This document shows, piece after piece, positions 48,972 to 59,371 of a stretch of DNA of 64,000 bases. Origin of the DNA: Candidatus Latescibacterota bacterium (GTDB lineage Bacteria > Latescibacterota > UBA2968 > GCA-2709665); the NCBI GenBank assembly GCA_965248435.1, contig OZ252100.1:4640001-4704000 (forward strand). The letters run 5' to 3'. Position 1 is the stretch's first letter; each line of letters starts with the position of its first letter. A program made the position numbers and the translations under genes. The notes beneath the pieces were generated by a model. That model worked only from the letters and a program-made list of their open reading frames with translations, did no database searches and was not told the origin of the DNA.

Positions 48972-50360
48972 CTAATTTCCTGCAGCCGCGGTGGCTGTCT
49001 CGGCATCCCGAAGCCGACACATGCGCTCTCCCTTCAGGCACATCCACCTTGTCAGGATCAGCCCGACGACCCCGCCCAGGATATCGGCGGCCGCCAGGCC
49101 GGAAAGGAGTCCGGTGATCGCGTGGAGATGCGCACCCACGACCGAGAATGGGATGGTGAAGACGAACATGTGAGCCAGCGTCTGAACTGACGCCATCACA
49201 GGCTTTCCGATGGCGTTCAACGTCTCTTCGGTCACACTCAGAATACCCACCGTGGCATAGCCGAACGGTATAATCCACAGGTATCGCACGATCTCCCGGA
49301 TGACATCGGCGTCATTGCTGAACAGGCTCGCGATCGGCTCTGCCGTGAACTGCAGGACCCCGAGGGCGAGCACGCCCCAGGAGGCGGCAAAGATGTATCC
49401 GTACTTGCGTGCTCGGGCGACACGGTCGAACTGCTCCGCCCCCCAGTTCTGTCCGACGAACGGAACGAGCCCGGAACAGAGCGCGAACACCGGGATGAGC
49501 GCAAACACGCTGATTCGAGATCCTGCGCCCCATGCTCCAACCGCGCCTGGACCGTAGCTGGCGATCAGGCGGGTCACCACCCCAAGGGCGACGGGCTGGA
49601 GCAGGTTCGTGATCGTGGCGGGCACCGCGATCACCCCCACGGACTTCCACGAACGCCAGACGTCGCGCAGGCTGGGCGTGGCAAAGTCAAGCATGCGGTG
49701 TCGATAATGCAGGATCAGGAGCGAGGCCACCATCGTCCCGGCTCGGGAGATGACGGTCGCGATCGCCGCCCCCTGGAGTTCCAAACGGGGGAATCCGAAC
49801 CATCCGAAGATGAGAATCGGGTCCAGGATGAGATTGGTCCCCGTGGCGCCGATCATGATCAGCGCAGGTACTTTGGTATCACCTCCGGCGCGGATGGCGG
49901 CGTTGGCGACCATCGGGATGACGAGAAAGACGATCCCGGGGTACCAGATCATCATGTATTGCCGGATGAGGGGGATGACGTCCGGTGTCGCGCCCAGGAG
50001 GGTAAAGAGGGGCGTGATCGTGAACATCCCGGCACCGGCGAACAGGAGCACCGTAAGGAATGAGAGCACCAGGCTGTCGGAAGAGATACGCCGCACGGTC
50101 GAGGTTTCTCCGCGACCGATCGCGCGGGAGACGACGGAGGTCGTCCCTGTGCCCAGCCCCATCGCGACTCCGAAGAGGACCATCACGACCGGGAAGGTGA
50201 AGCTCATGGCAGCGAGCTCTCTCGTTCCCAATTGGGATACGAAGTATGTATCGGACAGGTTGAACCCGACGACAGAAAGGATCCCGCCCACCATCGGAAA
50301 GGAGAGGCCGAAGAGGGTGCGGAGTACGGGGCCCTGGGTCAGCTTGGCCGGGATTTCCAT
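48972..50360 (-). CDS. MATE family efflux transporter
   Basis: LTQGPV, DTYFVSQLG, NLILDPILIFG, GAAIAT, GQNWGA. Confidence 0.93.
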   Translation of the reverse strand: MEIPAKLTQGPVLRTLFGLSFPMVGGILSVVGFNLSDTYFVSQLGTRELAAMSFTFPVVMVLFGVAMGLGTGTTSVVSRAIGRGETSTVRRISSDSLVLSFLTVLLFAGAGMFTITPLFTLLGATPDVIPLIRQYMMIWYPGIVFLVIPMVANAAIRAGGDTKVPALIMIGATGTNLILDPILIFGWFGFPRLELQGAAIATVISRAGTMVASLLILHYRHRMLDFATPSLRDVWRSWKSVGVIAVPATITNLLQPVALGVVTRLIASYGPGAVGAWGAGSRISVFALIPVFALCSGLVPFVGQNWGAEQFDRVARARKYGYIFAASWGVLALGVLQFTAEPIASLFSNDADVIREIVRYLWIIPFGYATVGILSVTEETLNAIGKPVMASVQTLAHMFVFTIPFSVVGAHLHAITGLLSGLAAADILGGVVGLILTRWMCLKGERMCRLRDAETATAAAGN

Positions 50361-50400
50361 GTTCGAAAGTCTTTCCTATAGAAAACAGGGTGGATCAGAT

Positions 50401-51027
50401 TTAGCTGAGCGGGGGCAGACACCTGCTCTGTGTAAGAAATTCTGCTAGACCGTCGAACGATTCGTACAAGAAGGTATTGATTTTCTGGAGGTTAGCGGCT
50501 TCTATGTTTTCAGGCTTATCATCGATGAACAGGATCTGGTTTGCAGGGGTCTTCATCGATTCGAGAGCATGCTCGTAGATCTCAGGATTTGGTTTGATCA
50601 TTCCCAGCTCACAAGACAAAAAGGCAAAGTCGAACCGATCGAGCCAGGTGCAATGGTTTCGCAGGTGTTCCACTTTATCCCACGGGACGTTGGACAGGAT
50701 CGCGATTTGAATACCGGCTTCGCGGACTCTGGTGATCCAGTCGATGATTCGGTGATCCGTGTCCGACCAGCTGAGCGTGTCCTCTCGCGTAAGTTCATCG
50801 AGTAGATCTTCATCCGGCGTCGTGGAGCCGTGCGCGAATACGCGCCTCCAGTATCCCGGTCCGTCGATCTGTCCGAGATCGTAGATCGGTCTGTAGGCCT
50901 CGTATGCTCGATCGAAGTCTTCTTTCGGAAGCCCGGTCAACGTGCGAACTTTATCCAACCGCTGTTCGTTTTGAGGGCTGATGACGTTGCCAATATCGAG
51001 AACGACGGAACGAATATCTAGAGACAT
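50401..51027 (-). CDS. HAD family phosphatase
   Basis: DIGNV, ILSN, KPNPEIY, FIDD. Confidence 0.9.
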   Translation of the reverse strand: MSLDIRSVVLDIGNVISPQNEQRLDKVRTLTGLPKEDFDRAYEAYRPIYDLGQIDGPGYWRRVFAHGSTTPDEDLLDELTREDTLSWSDTDHRIIDWITRVREAGIQIAILSNVPWDKVEHLRNHCTWLDRFDFAFLSCELGMIKPNPEIYEHALESMKTPANQILFIDDKPENIEAANLQKINTFLYESFDGLAEFLTQSRCLPPLS

Positions 51028-51090
51028 ATATAGATGAAATGGGAAGGTAGAAGGGATAGAAGGAGAGGGTCGCCAGTGTAAGCTCATTCT

Positions 51091-51231
51091 TTACATATCA
51101 GATTCGTTGATCCGCAACAGGACCTGGGCGATCGCGGGGGCCATGTCCACCGTGTTGACCCTTCCGCCTGTCGATCCCCTGTAGGCCACATTGAAGTCGC
51201 CGATGATGCCGATTCGTATGCTTTCCGACAT
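51091..51231 (-). pseudogene. Short chimeric ORF starting like a CTP-synthase-type glutamine amidotransferase
   Basis: MSESIRIGIIGDFN then unrelated sequence; 46 aa; RBS provided by the upstream gene end. Confidence 0.45.
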
Positions 51232-51235
51232 ATCG

Positions 51236-51955
51236 TTATTCCTTCAGGATCTCAGAGATGTTGTTGATGATCCTATCAGGGCGAACGTGAGACGCTTCCG
51301 GCAATCCCTTGCCCACAAAGTCCACCCAGATCGCGAAAATCCCCAGCCGCTGAGGGGCTTCTACGTCCCATTCCAGGTTGTCTCCGACAAACCAGGTGTC
51401 TTCCGGCGCCGCCTCGAGCTGCCGGAGCGCGTGAAGGTAGACGCGTTCGTCCGGCTTGCCGACACCAAACTCACCTTCCACGAGAATATATTGAAAGTAG
51501 TCCTCCAACCCGAATCTGTCAATTTTCCGCCTTTGGCCATCTGATGCGCCGTTCGTAATCAACGCAAGACGAATCCCCTCACTCTGCAGCGTTCCCAGCG
51601 TTTCAATGGCCCCGGGAAACGGTCGGACCGTCTCTTCGCGTTCGGAGGCGTAGGTGTCCGCAATTTCGTTCGCCAGAGTCGGGTCGTCGATTTTCAAATG
51701 ACGGAAGGACTCAGCGACAATCTCGCGCCTCGCGGTGACCAGGTCCAAGCGTCCCCTGCGATGACGCTCCCGATCCTGCCAGAACCAGGACCGCGCTTCG
51801 CGGATAGCGGAGAAAAGCTGATCTGGTGTGAGTCCCTCGACACGGGACGAAAATCTTGTGCAGATGATTCGCCAGGGTTCATCTGCGCTGCCAGATAACG
51901 CCAGGATCGTATCATCCAGGTCGAACAGTATCGCTTTTGGCAGGTCGGTTCGCAT
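51236..51955 (-). CDS. HAD family hydrolase (YjjG-like)
   Basis: FDLDDT, LITNG, GKPD, VGDNLEWD. Confidence 0.92.
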   Translation of the reverse strand: MRTDLPKAILFDLDDTILALSGSADEPWRIICTRFSSRVEGLTPDQLFSAIREARSWFWQDRERHRRGRLDLVTARREIVAESFRHLKIDDPTLANEIADTYASEREETVRPFPGAIETLGTLQSEGIRLALITNGASDGQRRKIDRFGLEDYFQYILVEGEFGVGKPDERVYLHALRQLEAAPEDTWFVGDNLEWDVEAPQRLGIFAIWVDFVGKGLPEASHVRPDRIINNISEILKE

Positions 51956-51993
51956 CTGAAAGTGTCGAATCTCGGTCTAGCTCTCCGCCTCCA

Positions 51994-53271
51994 TCAGCTC
52001 GGAACTGACATACCGGAAAGCATGTCATCGCTTATTTCGCGACCCACAACGAACTGCTTCCGATCTGCGTACCAGAACGTGCGTTGTCCGTCCCGTTCGG
52101 TGAGGCTGGAGTACATGGCCATCATCGTGAGCGCGGTGACACCTGCCCTGACTCGCTGTGAGTCGAACAAAAGGTTCGGCTGGCTGAACCAGATGGGCTG
52201 GTGGGCGTCGGGCCGAAACTCGCCGACCGCCATCCAGACGGGACGCCTGGCCTCCATATCCCAGGGTCCGGTGTCACCCTGGTCGTGGCCATCCCGATTG
52301 TGATAGAAGAGCAGGTAGCGTCCATCCTGAAGGCGATAGATCGGGTCGGGTGACTTGGTGTGCAGCACCTCGTCGCCTCCGTCCTGATAGCGCAGCACTT
52401 CGGGTTCGCGCCAGCTGTGTCCGTCGTCTTCGGAGACGGTGTACCAGATCCGACCCGTAACCGTGCGCATGTTCATCCACAGCCGGCCGTCGGGAAGCAG
52501 CGCGATGGCCGGTTCCTCTGCCAGGCTGTATCCGCGCGACGCGTCGGGCTCGATCCCGCACGACACGCGGATCGTCCCCTCCTCATCCGGCAGCCAGGTG
52601 ATCTCCAGGTCCTGCGCGTCCGGGCCGTCATCCAGGTTGTCGAATCGCATCAATTCACACTGCGTATCCAGATGACTTCGGTTCCCTCCTAACGGCCTTG
52701 GGTGGGTCATCAGACTGCTCCACCGACTGAAGCCAACGATCGCGCGGTCCTTCGCATCGCGAATCGGCTGCTGCCAGATGATGCACAGCGGGGAAACCTT
52801 TGGGTCCGGGTGGTCGTAGGCCGTGCGTCTGAACGGGATCTCGACACCTGTGTTGACCCAGGTCAAACCATCGTCGTCCGACACCGAGACGTGGAGCGGT
52901 CCCTGCCAATGCCCCAGGTCGCCGATGCCCGGGTGTTGATTGTAAAGGCAGTAGATGCGACCGCTGCGACTGACCAGCGGAAAGCCCAATCCAGGGCAGA
53001 GCTTGGGACCTGACGGTTCGGCGATCGGGAGGCAGGGCGACCAACTGCGACCCCCGTCCGCGCTTCGCGAATAGACCACGCGGAGGTCCGGGGAACCTTC
53101 GTAACTGGCCTGCGTCCAGATGCACATCGTATCACCGCCCGGTGTGGTGAACACGTGGATGTGGTCGGCGTACTCGTCCCGCTGGCCGGGGGACTTCGGC
53201 AGGTAGATGACGTAGTCGGGCTGCGTGCGCCGCCAGTCGTCCGTGTAGCAATCGTGATTCGAGGGATTCAT
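51994..53271 (-). CDS. Sialidase-like/BNR (Asp-box) protein
   Basis: Asp boxes SADGGRSW, SDDDGLTW, SEDDGHSW. Confidence 0.85.
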   Translation of the reverse strand: MNPSNHDCYTDDWRRTQPDYVIYLPKSPGQRDEYADHIHVFTTPGGDTMCIWTQASYEGSPDLRVVYSRSADGGRSWSPCLPIAEPSGPKLCPGLGFPLVSRSGRIYCLYNQHPGIGDLGHWQGPLHVSVSDDDGLTWVNTGVEIPFRRTAYDHPDPKVSPLCIIWQQPIRDAKDRAIVGFSRWSSLMTHPRPLGGNRSHLDTQCELMRFDNLDDGPDAQDLEITWLPDEEGTIRVSCGIEPDASRGYSLAEEPAIALLPDGRLWMNMRTVTGRIWYTVSEDDGHSWREPEVLRYQDGGDEVLHTKSPDPIYRLQDGRYLLFYHNRDGHDQGDTGPWDMEARRPVWMAVGEFRPDAHQPIWFSQPNLLFDSQRVRAGVTALTMMAMYSSLTERDGQRTFWYADRKQFVVGREISDDMLSGMSVPS

Positions 53272-53441
53272 GAGAGCTGTGACCTCACGCCACGGGTGGA
53301 GCACTTCTCCCGCGGGCAATTACGAAATCGCAGGGAACGCAGGAGGAGCGAGGACCGTCTAACAAATATGGATGAGGATTTCATCTCGTTCTGCGTGTGG
53401 CAATTTACATCGCATAGGAACGGAAACCAAGGAGATACAGG

Positions 53442-53888
53442 ATGAGATGCAAAACAGTACTCGTGAGCTTGATCGCGGGCGTGCTTCTCTTCGGGCTTAT
53501 CTCTGCCGAGGCGCAGCGGGGAAGAGGAAGAGGCGGATTTCCCGGCCGGGGTGGTGGAGATTTTCAGAAGATGCGCACTCAGGCCGAGGCCGTCCGGGCA
53601 TTCCCCGTCGAGATGCTTTGGGCAGGGCTTTCGTTCGGCCTCGACCTCCCCGACAGCCAGCTCGTGCACATCAAGCCGGTGATCGCCGATGCGTGGGCCA
53701 AGCGAAACGGCGTGCTCAAAATCGCGAAGAAGGATGACAGTTGGGAAAGGGCCAGAGAGGTGCTGGAGGAGCTGAAAGAGGATGTGGACGAGAAGCTGGA
53801 GGTCCTTTTGACCAAGGAACAGCAGAAAATGCTGAAAAATTCGATGAAACGCGGTGACTTCAGCTCCGGATTCGGCACGCGCCGATAG
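53442..53888 (+). CDS. Exported helical protein (Spy/CpxP-like)
   Basis: Signal peptide; LLTKEQ motif. Confidence 0.6.
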   Translation: MRCKTVLVSLIAGVLLFGLISAEAQRGRGRGGFPGRGGGDFQKMRTQAEAVRAFPVEMLWAGLSFGLDLPDSQLVHIKPVIADAWAKRNGVLKIAKKDDSWERAREVLEELKEDVDEKLEVLLTKEQQKMLKNSMKRGDFSSGFGTRR

Positions 53889-53969
53889 GGCCGAGGTCGG
53901 AGTGTTCAGATTCTCTACGGGGGACTCCTCCGGGTGTCTCCCTGGCTTGGGAAGGGGAAAGGAGGTGCG

Positions 53970-56378
53970 ATGAAGCAGAGGTTATTGTTTTTGCATCTGG
54001 TGTGTTTCGCGGTTTTCACAGCCAACCTCGAAGCGGAAGTGCGCCCCGGCTCGATCCGGGGTTATGTGAAAGACCATTCGAACGGGGAGACCCTGCCCAG
54101 CGCCAGCGTCGTTCTGGACAGCTCGACTGTCGGAACGACCACGGACCAGGCGGGGTATTTTGTTCTCAGCAATCTCACACCTGGGCCGCACGGCATTGCG
54201 GTCAGTTACGTCGGGTATGAAACCAGACGAATCAAGGTAGAGGTTAAGGAGGGCCAGACATCCAAGTATGACGTAGAATTGAACCCGGTTACCCTACAAG
54301 GCGATGAAGTCGTCGCCGAGGGATACCTGTCGCCGACCGAGATTACCTCTGTGGGCAGTTTCGGCATCCGGGTGACAGAACTCGCCCATATTCCAACCGT
54401 GGGTCAGCCAGATCTCCTGCGGGGGATACAGCTTCTTCCAGGTGTGCAGGCCGCGAGCGACAACTCCGCCGGCCTCTACGTTCGGGGGGGCACGCCTGGA
54501 CAAAATCTGATCCTCCTGGACGGCGTCGTGGTCTACAACCCCAATCATCTCTTCGGGTTCTTCAGCACATTCAACCCCGACGCCCTGAAGAACGTCCTGC
54601 TTCTGAAGGGGACGTTTCCCGCACGATACGGAGACAGGCTTTCGAGCGTTCTGGATGTCACCAACCTGGACGGCAACCGCAAATCGTTCACAGCGCGGAC
54701 TTCTATGGACATGATCAGCGCCGGTCTGACCGCAGAGGGCCCGCTGGGCGACCGCGGCTCTTGGATGGTTTCGGGACGCCGAACCTACCAGGAGCTGATC
54801 AACTCACCTCTCTTCAACCACATCGTGGATGACCTGTTCAGCACAAGGACCGGGACGATCACGGCTGCACCCCGTGGAGGGGTTGGTGGTGGGCAGGGAG
54901 TCGGTCCCGGAGGCGGGCGGAGGTTCGGCGGGACCCGATTCAACTTTAGTGACGTCACCAGCAACTTCGACCAGGGGTATAAATTCTACGATACTAATTT
55001 CAAGATCAATCTGGACCCGACGGCTTTAGACAAGGTTTCACTCAGCGGCTATCTGGGGCAGGACAAACTCGATTTGACGCTTCCCTCGTTCCGCGATACC
55101 GAACGCCAGCAGCTTATGGATTGGGGCAACCAGGTCGGGAGCGTGAGGTGGCTTCACCTTTTCACGGATAAGCTCCTGGGCAATGTCCAGCTTTCCGTGA
55201 GTCGGTACACCTCCAACTTCGAGGTGGCCGGAAGCCAGGACGCAACTCGGGGGAGGGGTTTCGGTCTGAACCGCAACAACAGGATGCTGGACTTGACCTT
55301 CAAGACCGACGTGGATTACCACGCAGCTTCCGATCACAGAACTCGGATGGGGGTGCAGGTCACCCGATATGATGCTTCTTACCAGCAGGGCTTTCAAGAC
55401 ACGACCCGGTCAGAGATCAACAATGTGTCCGCATACGGGACAGGCTATTTGGAACACACCTGGCAGACCGGCAGGCTGGAATTCACGCCTGGTGTGCGTT
55501 TGAGCCATTTCGGGAGCGGGAGCTACACCGGTCTCTCCCCCAGAGTGTCGGGCCACTTTTTCGTGAACGACAGACTCAGGCTCAAGGCGGGATGGGGGAT
55601 TTACCATCAGTTCATCAACCTCATCTCCGTAGAAGGGTTTTCCTTCACGACGGACATGTGGCTTCCTGTGGACGAAACCCTGGATCCCGGCAGGGCGGTT
55701 CATAACGCATTCGGGGCTATCTTCACAGCCGAAGACTGGGAGGTCGATACGGAGGTCTATTACAAGGACCTGGAGAACCTGGTCGAATTCCAGTCACAGG
55801 TCCGCCTGGACGAAAGCACGCCCCTCTCTGACCTCTTCCTGCAGGGCACGGGAAGGTCTTACGGCGGCGAACTGCTTATCCGGAAGACGAGTGGAAGCAC
55901 AAAGGGTTGGATCGGCTATACCCTGGGTTGGACACGCCAGACCTTTCCCGACCTCAACGACGGAAAATCGTTTCCGCCCAAGTACGACCGGCGGCACGAC
56001 ATCTCGTTCGTCGCGAATCGCCAGTTACCTGGAAGCTGGAACGTGAATGTCAACTGGGTCTACGGCACGGGACAGGCCTACACCATTCCCGAGTCCCGGT
56101 ACGAGGTCGTCCAGCCCGGCGGCCAGTCGATCTCTTATGTACACGTGTCCGAAAAGAATGCCTACCGGCTCCCCGCATATCATCGTATGGACCTGGGAAT
56201 CACGAAGGATTTTCGATTCGGCGGCGTAGAGAGCCAGTTCGTCATCAGCGTCTTCAACCTGTATAATCGACGAAACATCTGGTACCGCACATACGACGTC
56301 TCGGAAGAGGAGGTCGTGTTTCAGGATGTTCTCCTTCAGCCGATTTTGCCCAGCATTGGATTCAAATTGAAACTGTGA
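53970..56378 (+). CDS. TonB-dependent receptor with carboxypeptidase-regulatory-like N-domain
   Basis: GETLPSASV, GLYVRGG-PGQNLILLDG, YNPNHLFGFFS, RLPAYHRMDL. Confidence 0.93.
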   Translation: MKQRLLFLHLVCFAVFTANLEAEVRPGSIRGYVKDHSNGETLPSASVVLDSSTVGTTTDQAGYFVLSNLTPGPHGIAVSYVGYETRRIKVEVKEGQTSKYDVELNPVTLQGDEVVAEGYLSPTEITSVGSFGIRVTELAHIPTVGQPDLLRGIQLLPGVQAASDNSAGLYVRGGTPGQNLILLDGVVVYNPNHLFGFFSTFNPDALKNVLLLKGTFPARYGDRLSSVLDVTNLDGNRKSFTARTSMDMISAGLTAEGPLGDRGSWMVSGRRTYQELINSPLFNHIVDDLFSTRTGTITAAPRGGVGGGQGVGPGGGRRFGGTRFNFSDVTSNFDQGYKFYDTNFKINLDPTALDKVSLSGYLGQDKLDLTLPSFRDTERQQLMDWGNQVGSVRWLHLFTDKLLGNVQLSVSRYTSNFEVAGSQDATRGRGFGLNRNNRMLDLTFKTDVDYHAASDHRTRMGVQVTRYDASYQQGFQDTTRSEINNVSAYGTGYLEHTWQTGRLEFTPGVRLSHFGSGSYTGLSPRVSGHFFVNDRLRLKAGWGIYHQFINLISVEGFSFTTDMWLPVDETLDPGRAVHNAFGAIFTAEDWEVDTEVYYKDLENLVEFQSQVRLDESTPLSDLFLQGTGRSYGGELLIRKTSGSTKGWIGYTLGWTRQTFPDLNDGKSFPPKYDRRHDISFVANRQLPGSWNVNVNWVYGTGQAYTIPESRYEVVQPGGQSISYVHVSEKNAYRLPAYHRMDLGITKDFRFGGVESQFVISVFNLYNRRNIWYRTYDVSEEEVVFQDVLLQPILPSIGFKLKL

Positions 56379-56389
56379 GGTGAAGAACG

Positions 56390-57253
56390 ATGCCGATGAT
56401 TAGAACATGTTTCTTGATCTCCATCGCCGTTGTCTGGTCTGTCGTTATGTCAGGCTGCAGCACCAGCCCGACAGATTCCGTCGTCGATTTCGAGTCCACC
56501 CTTTACGTGGAAGGTTTCCTGCAAGCTGGGAAGCCGGTCGACAGCATCTTTGTTTCAACGACCGCTCCGCTCTATGAAATCTACGACCGGGAACAGAATG
56601 CCGTCCCAGCCGCGAACGTTACGATTCGCGTGGATGGTGAAACGGTCTTGCTGCAGCCGGTCGCCGGGAGTCCGGGCTACTACCACCAGCCGACCCTGAG
56701 CGTGGTATCCGGAAAGACCTACCGGCTTGTCGTGAGCGTGGAAGACGGTGTGGCAGAGGCTGAAACGACCGTTCCGATCGCGCCTGCGATTATCCCGGAG
56801 GCTACCGATCTGACGTTCAACGGGACGCCGTTCAGTGCCACCTGGAGTGGTCCGACCGAGGGTGGATATGTTACGACGAGGAAAGCGGTGTCCCCGGGAG
56901 AGCGCATTCCTATCGAGGCCCTGTTTGGTGGAAGGGGTGGTCCGTTCGGGGGGGGCTTTGGCGGGGGAGAAATCGACACGACCGGATTCGGCGCGCTACG
57001 GGACAGCCTTGCACTGGCCGGACAATGGCAGTACGTCCAGACAGAGAGCGCTACTCTGAACTGGCAGCAGTTTTCCTTCTACGGTACGTATTCCTTCGAG
57101 GTCTTCGCGATCGACGAAAACTATGCCGATTACCTCGTCTCCAGCAGGCAGGACCCCCAGTTCCTGGACGAGCCGAGGTTTCACGTAGAGGGTGGGATCG
57201 GAATCTTTGGGTCCATGGCGGGCTCGCCGGTGACCTTCACCGTCAATCCGTAG
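56390..57253 (+). CDS. DUF4249-like lipoprotein
   Basis: Lipobox MSGC; YVEGFL; VEGGIGIFGS. Confidence 0.8.
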   Translation: MPMIRTCFLISIAVVWSVVMSGCSTSPTDSVVDFESTLYVEGFLQAGKPVDSIFVSTTAPLYEIYDREQNAVPAANVTIRVDGETVLLQPVAGSPGYYHQPTLSVVSGKTYRLVVSVEDGVAEAETTVPIAPAIIPEATDLTFNGTPFSATWSGPTEGGYVTTRKAVSPGERIPIEALFGGRGGPFGGGFGGGEIDTTGFGALRDSLALAGQWQYVQTESATLNWQQFSFYGTYSFEVFAIDENYADYLVSSRQDPQFLDEPRFHVEGGIGIFGSMAGSPVTFTVNP

Positions 57254-57291
57254 GTCCGATCTCGAAGTGCGGATGGCCGAATCGAAGCAAA

Positions 57292-57327
57292 GAATCCCCA
57301 CCGGATCGATCGTCCGGTGGGGATTCG
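57292..57327 (+). terminator. Hairpin terminator
   Basis: GAATCCCCACCGGA ... TCCGGTGGGGATTC. Confidence 0.65.
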
Positions 57328-57459
57328 CGTTTGGATGCGCAAATGATTCTAGATAGTCAAGGGCGCGAACGCGGCTTGTAGATAAGCCTCTTTGTCCGCT
57401 TCGAGTTGGTGATTGATTTGCTGGTCAGATCGAACTATCGTTCGAGATGGGAACTTCAT

Positions 57460-57843
57460 ATGCTGAGGATCTACACCATCCAGATATCCGTCGCACGGAC
57501 CCTTAAGCTGTTCGAGGATCCGCGTTTTCTGGATGCGACGGTCAAATCGGGAGACAAGACGTTCGCGCCGACCTGGAAGATGGTGATGTCCCACAAAGAG
57601 GGTGAGCTGGGTCCGGACGCGTATACCGAGCAATATTACGAGATGATGCTGAAGAGCTACCGGGAGAAGCGGGGGAGGTGGGACGAACTGCTGGCGATGA
57701 ACGAGGTCATTCTGGCGTGCTACTGCGGGGAGGGCAGCTTCTGCCACCGGTACCTGCTCAAAGATATCCTGGTGAAGTTGGGCGCCGAATATGTCCGCGA
57801 GATAAGATCGGATGCGCCTGTAGACGGCTCGCGATCCGAATAG
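57460..57843 (+). CDS. DUF488-related protein
   Basis: FAPTW, Y...Y, LACYC...FCHR motif. Confidence 0.65.
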   Translation: MLRIYTIQISVARTLKLFEDPRFLDATVKSGDKTFAPTWKMVMSHKEGELGPDAYTEQYYEMMLKSYREKRGRWDELLAMNEVILACYCGEGSFCHRYLLKDILVKLGAEYVREIRSDAPVDGSRSE

Positions 57844-57857
57844 TGCTCGTAGTTCGC

Positions 57858-58355
57858 CTAGCCAACCCGTTGGTATTTCGTAGCCAGATTAGAGATGATT
57901 TGCTGAGCGCTGTCCTGGTCCAGCATGGGTGCCTTTTCCAGAAATCGATCGCGCGCCTTTTCGAGCACCTGCCCCCATTCTAAATCATCCGACTTTTCTA
58001 CGGCTGTGAACAGGATGTTGTCAGCCAGTCTCTCAAGCTCACGCGAGTCGACCTGGTTTCCCCTCACGGGGAAAGTAAACCCGGGTTCGTGATCGAAGGG
58101 GATTTCACGCTTTCCGAGCACGTGCAGCAGCGTGCGGGCTGAAGCCGCGATGTCGAAGAGATGGGCCTCGAGAATCTCGACGTCCTTCTCTTCTTCTCGG
58201 ACGCGTATTGCCTTTTCCCGGACCTTCTTACTCATGATGTAGAGGACCTCGCTTATCTGAAGCGCTGCACGTTTCGCCAGGCGCTGGTAAACGCTGAGAA
58301 TAAGCAGGGCGATGACTGAAGCGAAAAGGACCGCAACTGGCACAGAGATGAACAT
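57858..58355 (-). CDS. Hypothetical membrane-anchored protein
   Basis: GAGGAGG RBS; N-terminal TM helix. Confidence 0.65.
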   Translation of the reverse strand: MFISVPVAVLFASVIALLILSVYQRLAKRAALQISEVLYIMSKKVREKAIRVREEEKDVEILEAHLFDIAASARTLLHVLGKREIPFDHEPGFTFPVRGNQVDSRELERLADNILFTAVEKSDDLEWGQVLEKARDRFLEKAPMLDQDSAQQIISNLATKYQRVG

Positions 58356-58375
58356 GAGATGCACCTCCTCAAAAA

Positions 58376-58454
58376 CAGACGGCGGACGACAGACAGCGGA
58401 CCGCAAGACGAACGGCGCCTAGTTTGGCGGTCCGTGGTCCGCGGTCTGTGGTCG
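58376..58454. repeat. Heptamer inverted tandem repeat (same family as 28546-28678)
   Basis: GACGGCG GACGACA GACAGCG GACCGCA ... CGGTCCG TGGTCCG CGGTCTG. Confidence 0.7.
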
Positions 58455-58516
58455 TACGTAGCCGCCTGTGCAAACAGAAAAAGGAGAGAGTTGCCTCTCT
58501 CCTTCACTCGCCAGAC

Positions 58517-58729
58517 TTAGATCCTCTGACCTCTGGTCAAATCTCCGTTTTTAAGTCGAAGGGCCACGCTTACCATAATGGCAACATACAACAGCGCAAA
58601 GCCCAGCAAAACACCCCAAAGGGTGGATGTCGAGACGAGTATCAGTCCGAGGCCCACGATGGCGACAACGCTCGCCCCCCTCAGGGCCAGAGATATACTG
58701 CACTTCCAGTCCACTTTTGCCCCCGACAC
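58517..58729 (-). CDS. Small two-TM hypothetical protein
   Basis: Two hydrophobic segments. Confidence 0.4.
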   Translation of the reverse strand: MSGAKVDWKCSISLALRGASVVAIVGLGLILVSTSTLWGVLLGFALLYVAIMVSVALRLKNGDLTRGQRI

Positions 58730-58873
58730 AAAAATGAATGATGTGACACGTGCTATATATTAAAGGTAAAAGAGAAGGGGATGGACGTGGCCTCCGTCAC
58801 GTTGGAAGTGTGATATAGATCACATAAGAATAAGTCCAAGATTCTTGCGGAGTTGCGATAGAGGAGGGATTAG

Positions 58874-59371
58874 ATGCGAACACTTTATTTGATTCGCCAC
58901 GCAAAATCCAGTTGGAAAGATCCAGGTCTGGATGATTTCGACAGGCCGCTCAACAAACGGGGAGAGAATGACGCCCCGGTCATGGGAAAGCGGCTTGCCG
59001 AACAGGGGATCCGTCCAGGCCTGATGATCACAAGCCCGGCAAAGCGGGCGACCACGACCGCAAGGAGGATTGCGAAAGAGGTGGGATACTCTGAAAAGAA
59101 GATAGAAGAGAATGAAGCGATCTACGGTGGAGGAGTGCGGCAACTTCTGGAGGTGATTCAGGAGATAGACGATTCGAACGATCAGGCGATACTGTTCGGC
59201 CACAACCCGGGATTGACTTCCCTGGCGTTGGAACTATCGGATGCCGAGATCGATAACATTCCGACCTGCGGGATTTTCTGTATCCGGTTCGCGGTCGCCT
59301 CGTGGAAGGAGGTAGATAGCGGCAGAGGAGAAGTCGTTTTTTTTGATTACCCGAAAAAGGAAGCGTCTTAA
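58874..59371 (+). CDS. sixA: SixA-like histidine phosphatase
   Basis: RHAKS, DFDRPL, SPAKRA, GHNPG. Confidence 0.9.
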   Translation: MRTLYLIRHAKSSWKDPGLDDFDRPLNKRGENDAPVMGKRLAEQGIRPGLMITSPAKRATTTARRIAKEVGYSEKKIEENEAIYGGGVRQLLEVIQEIDDSNDQAILFGHNPGLTSLALELSDAEIDNIPTCGIFCIRFAVASWKEVDSGRGEVVFFDYPKKEAS

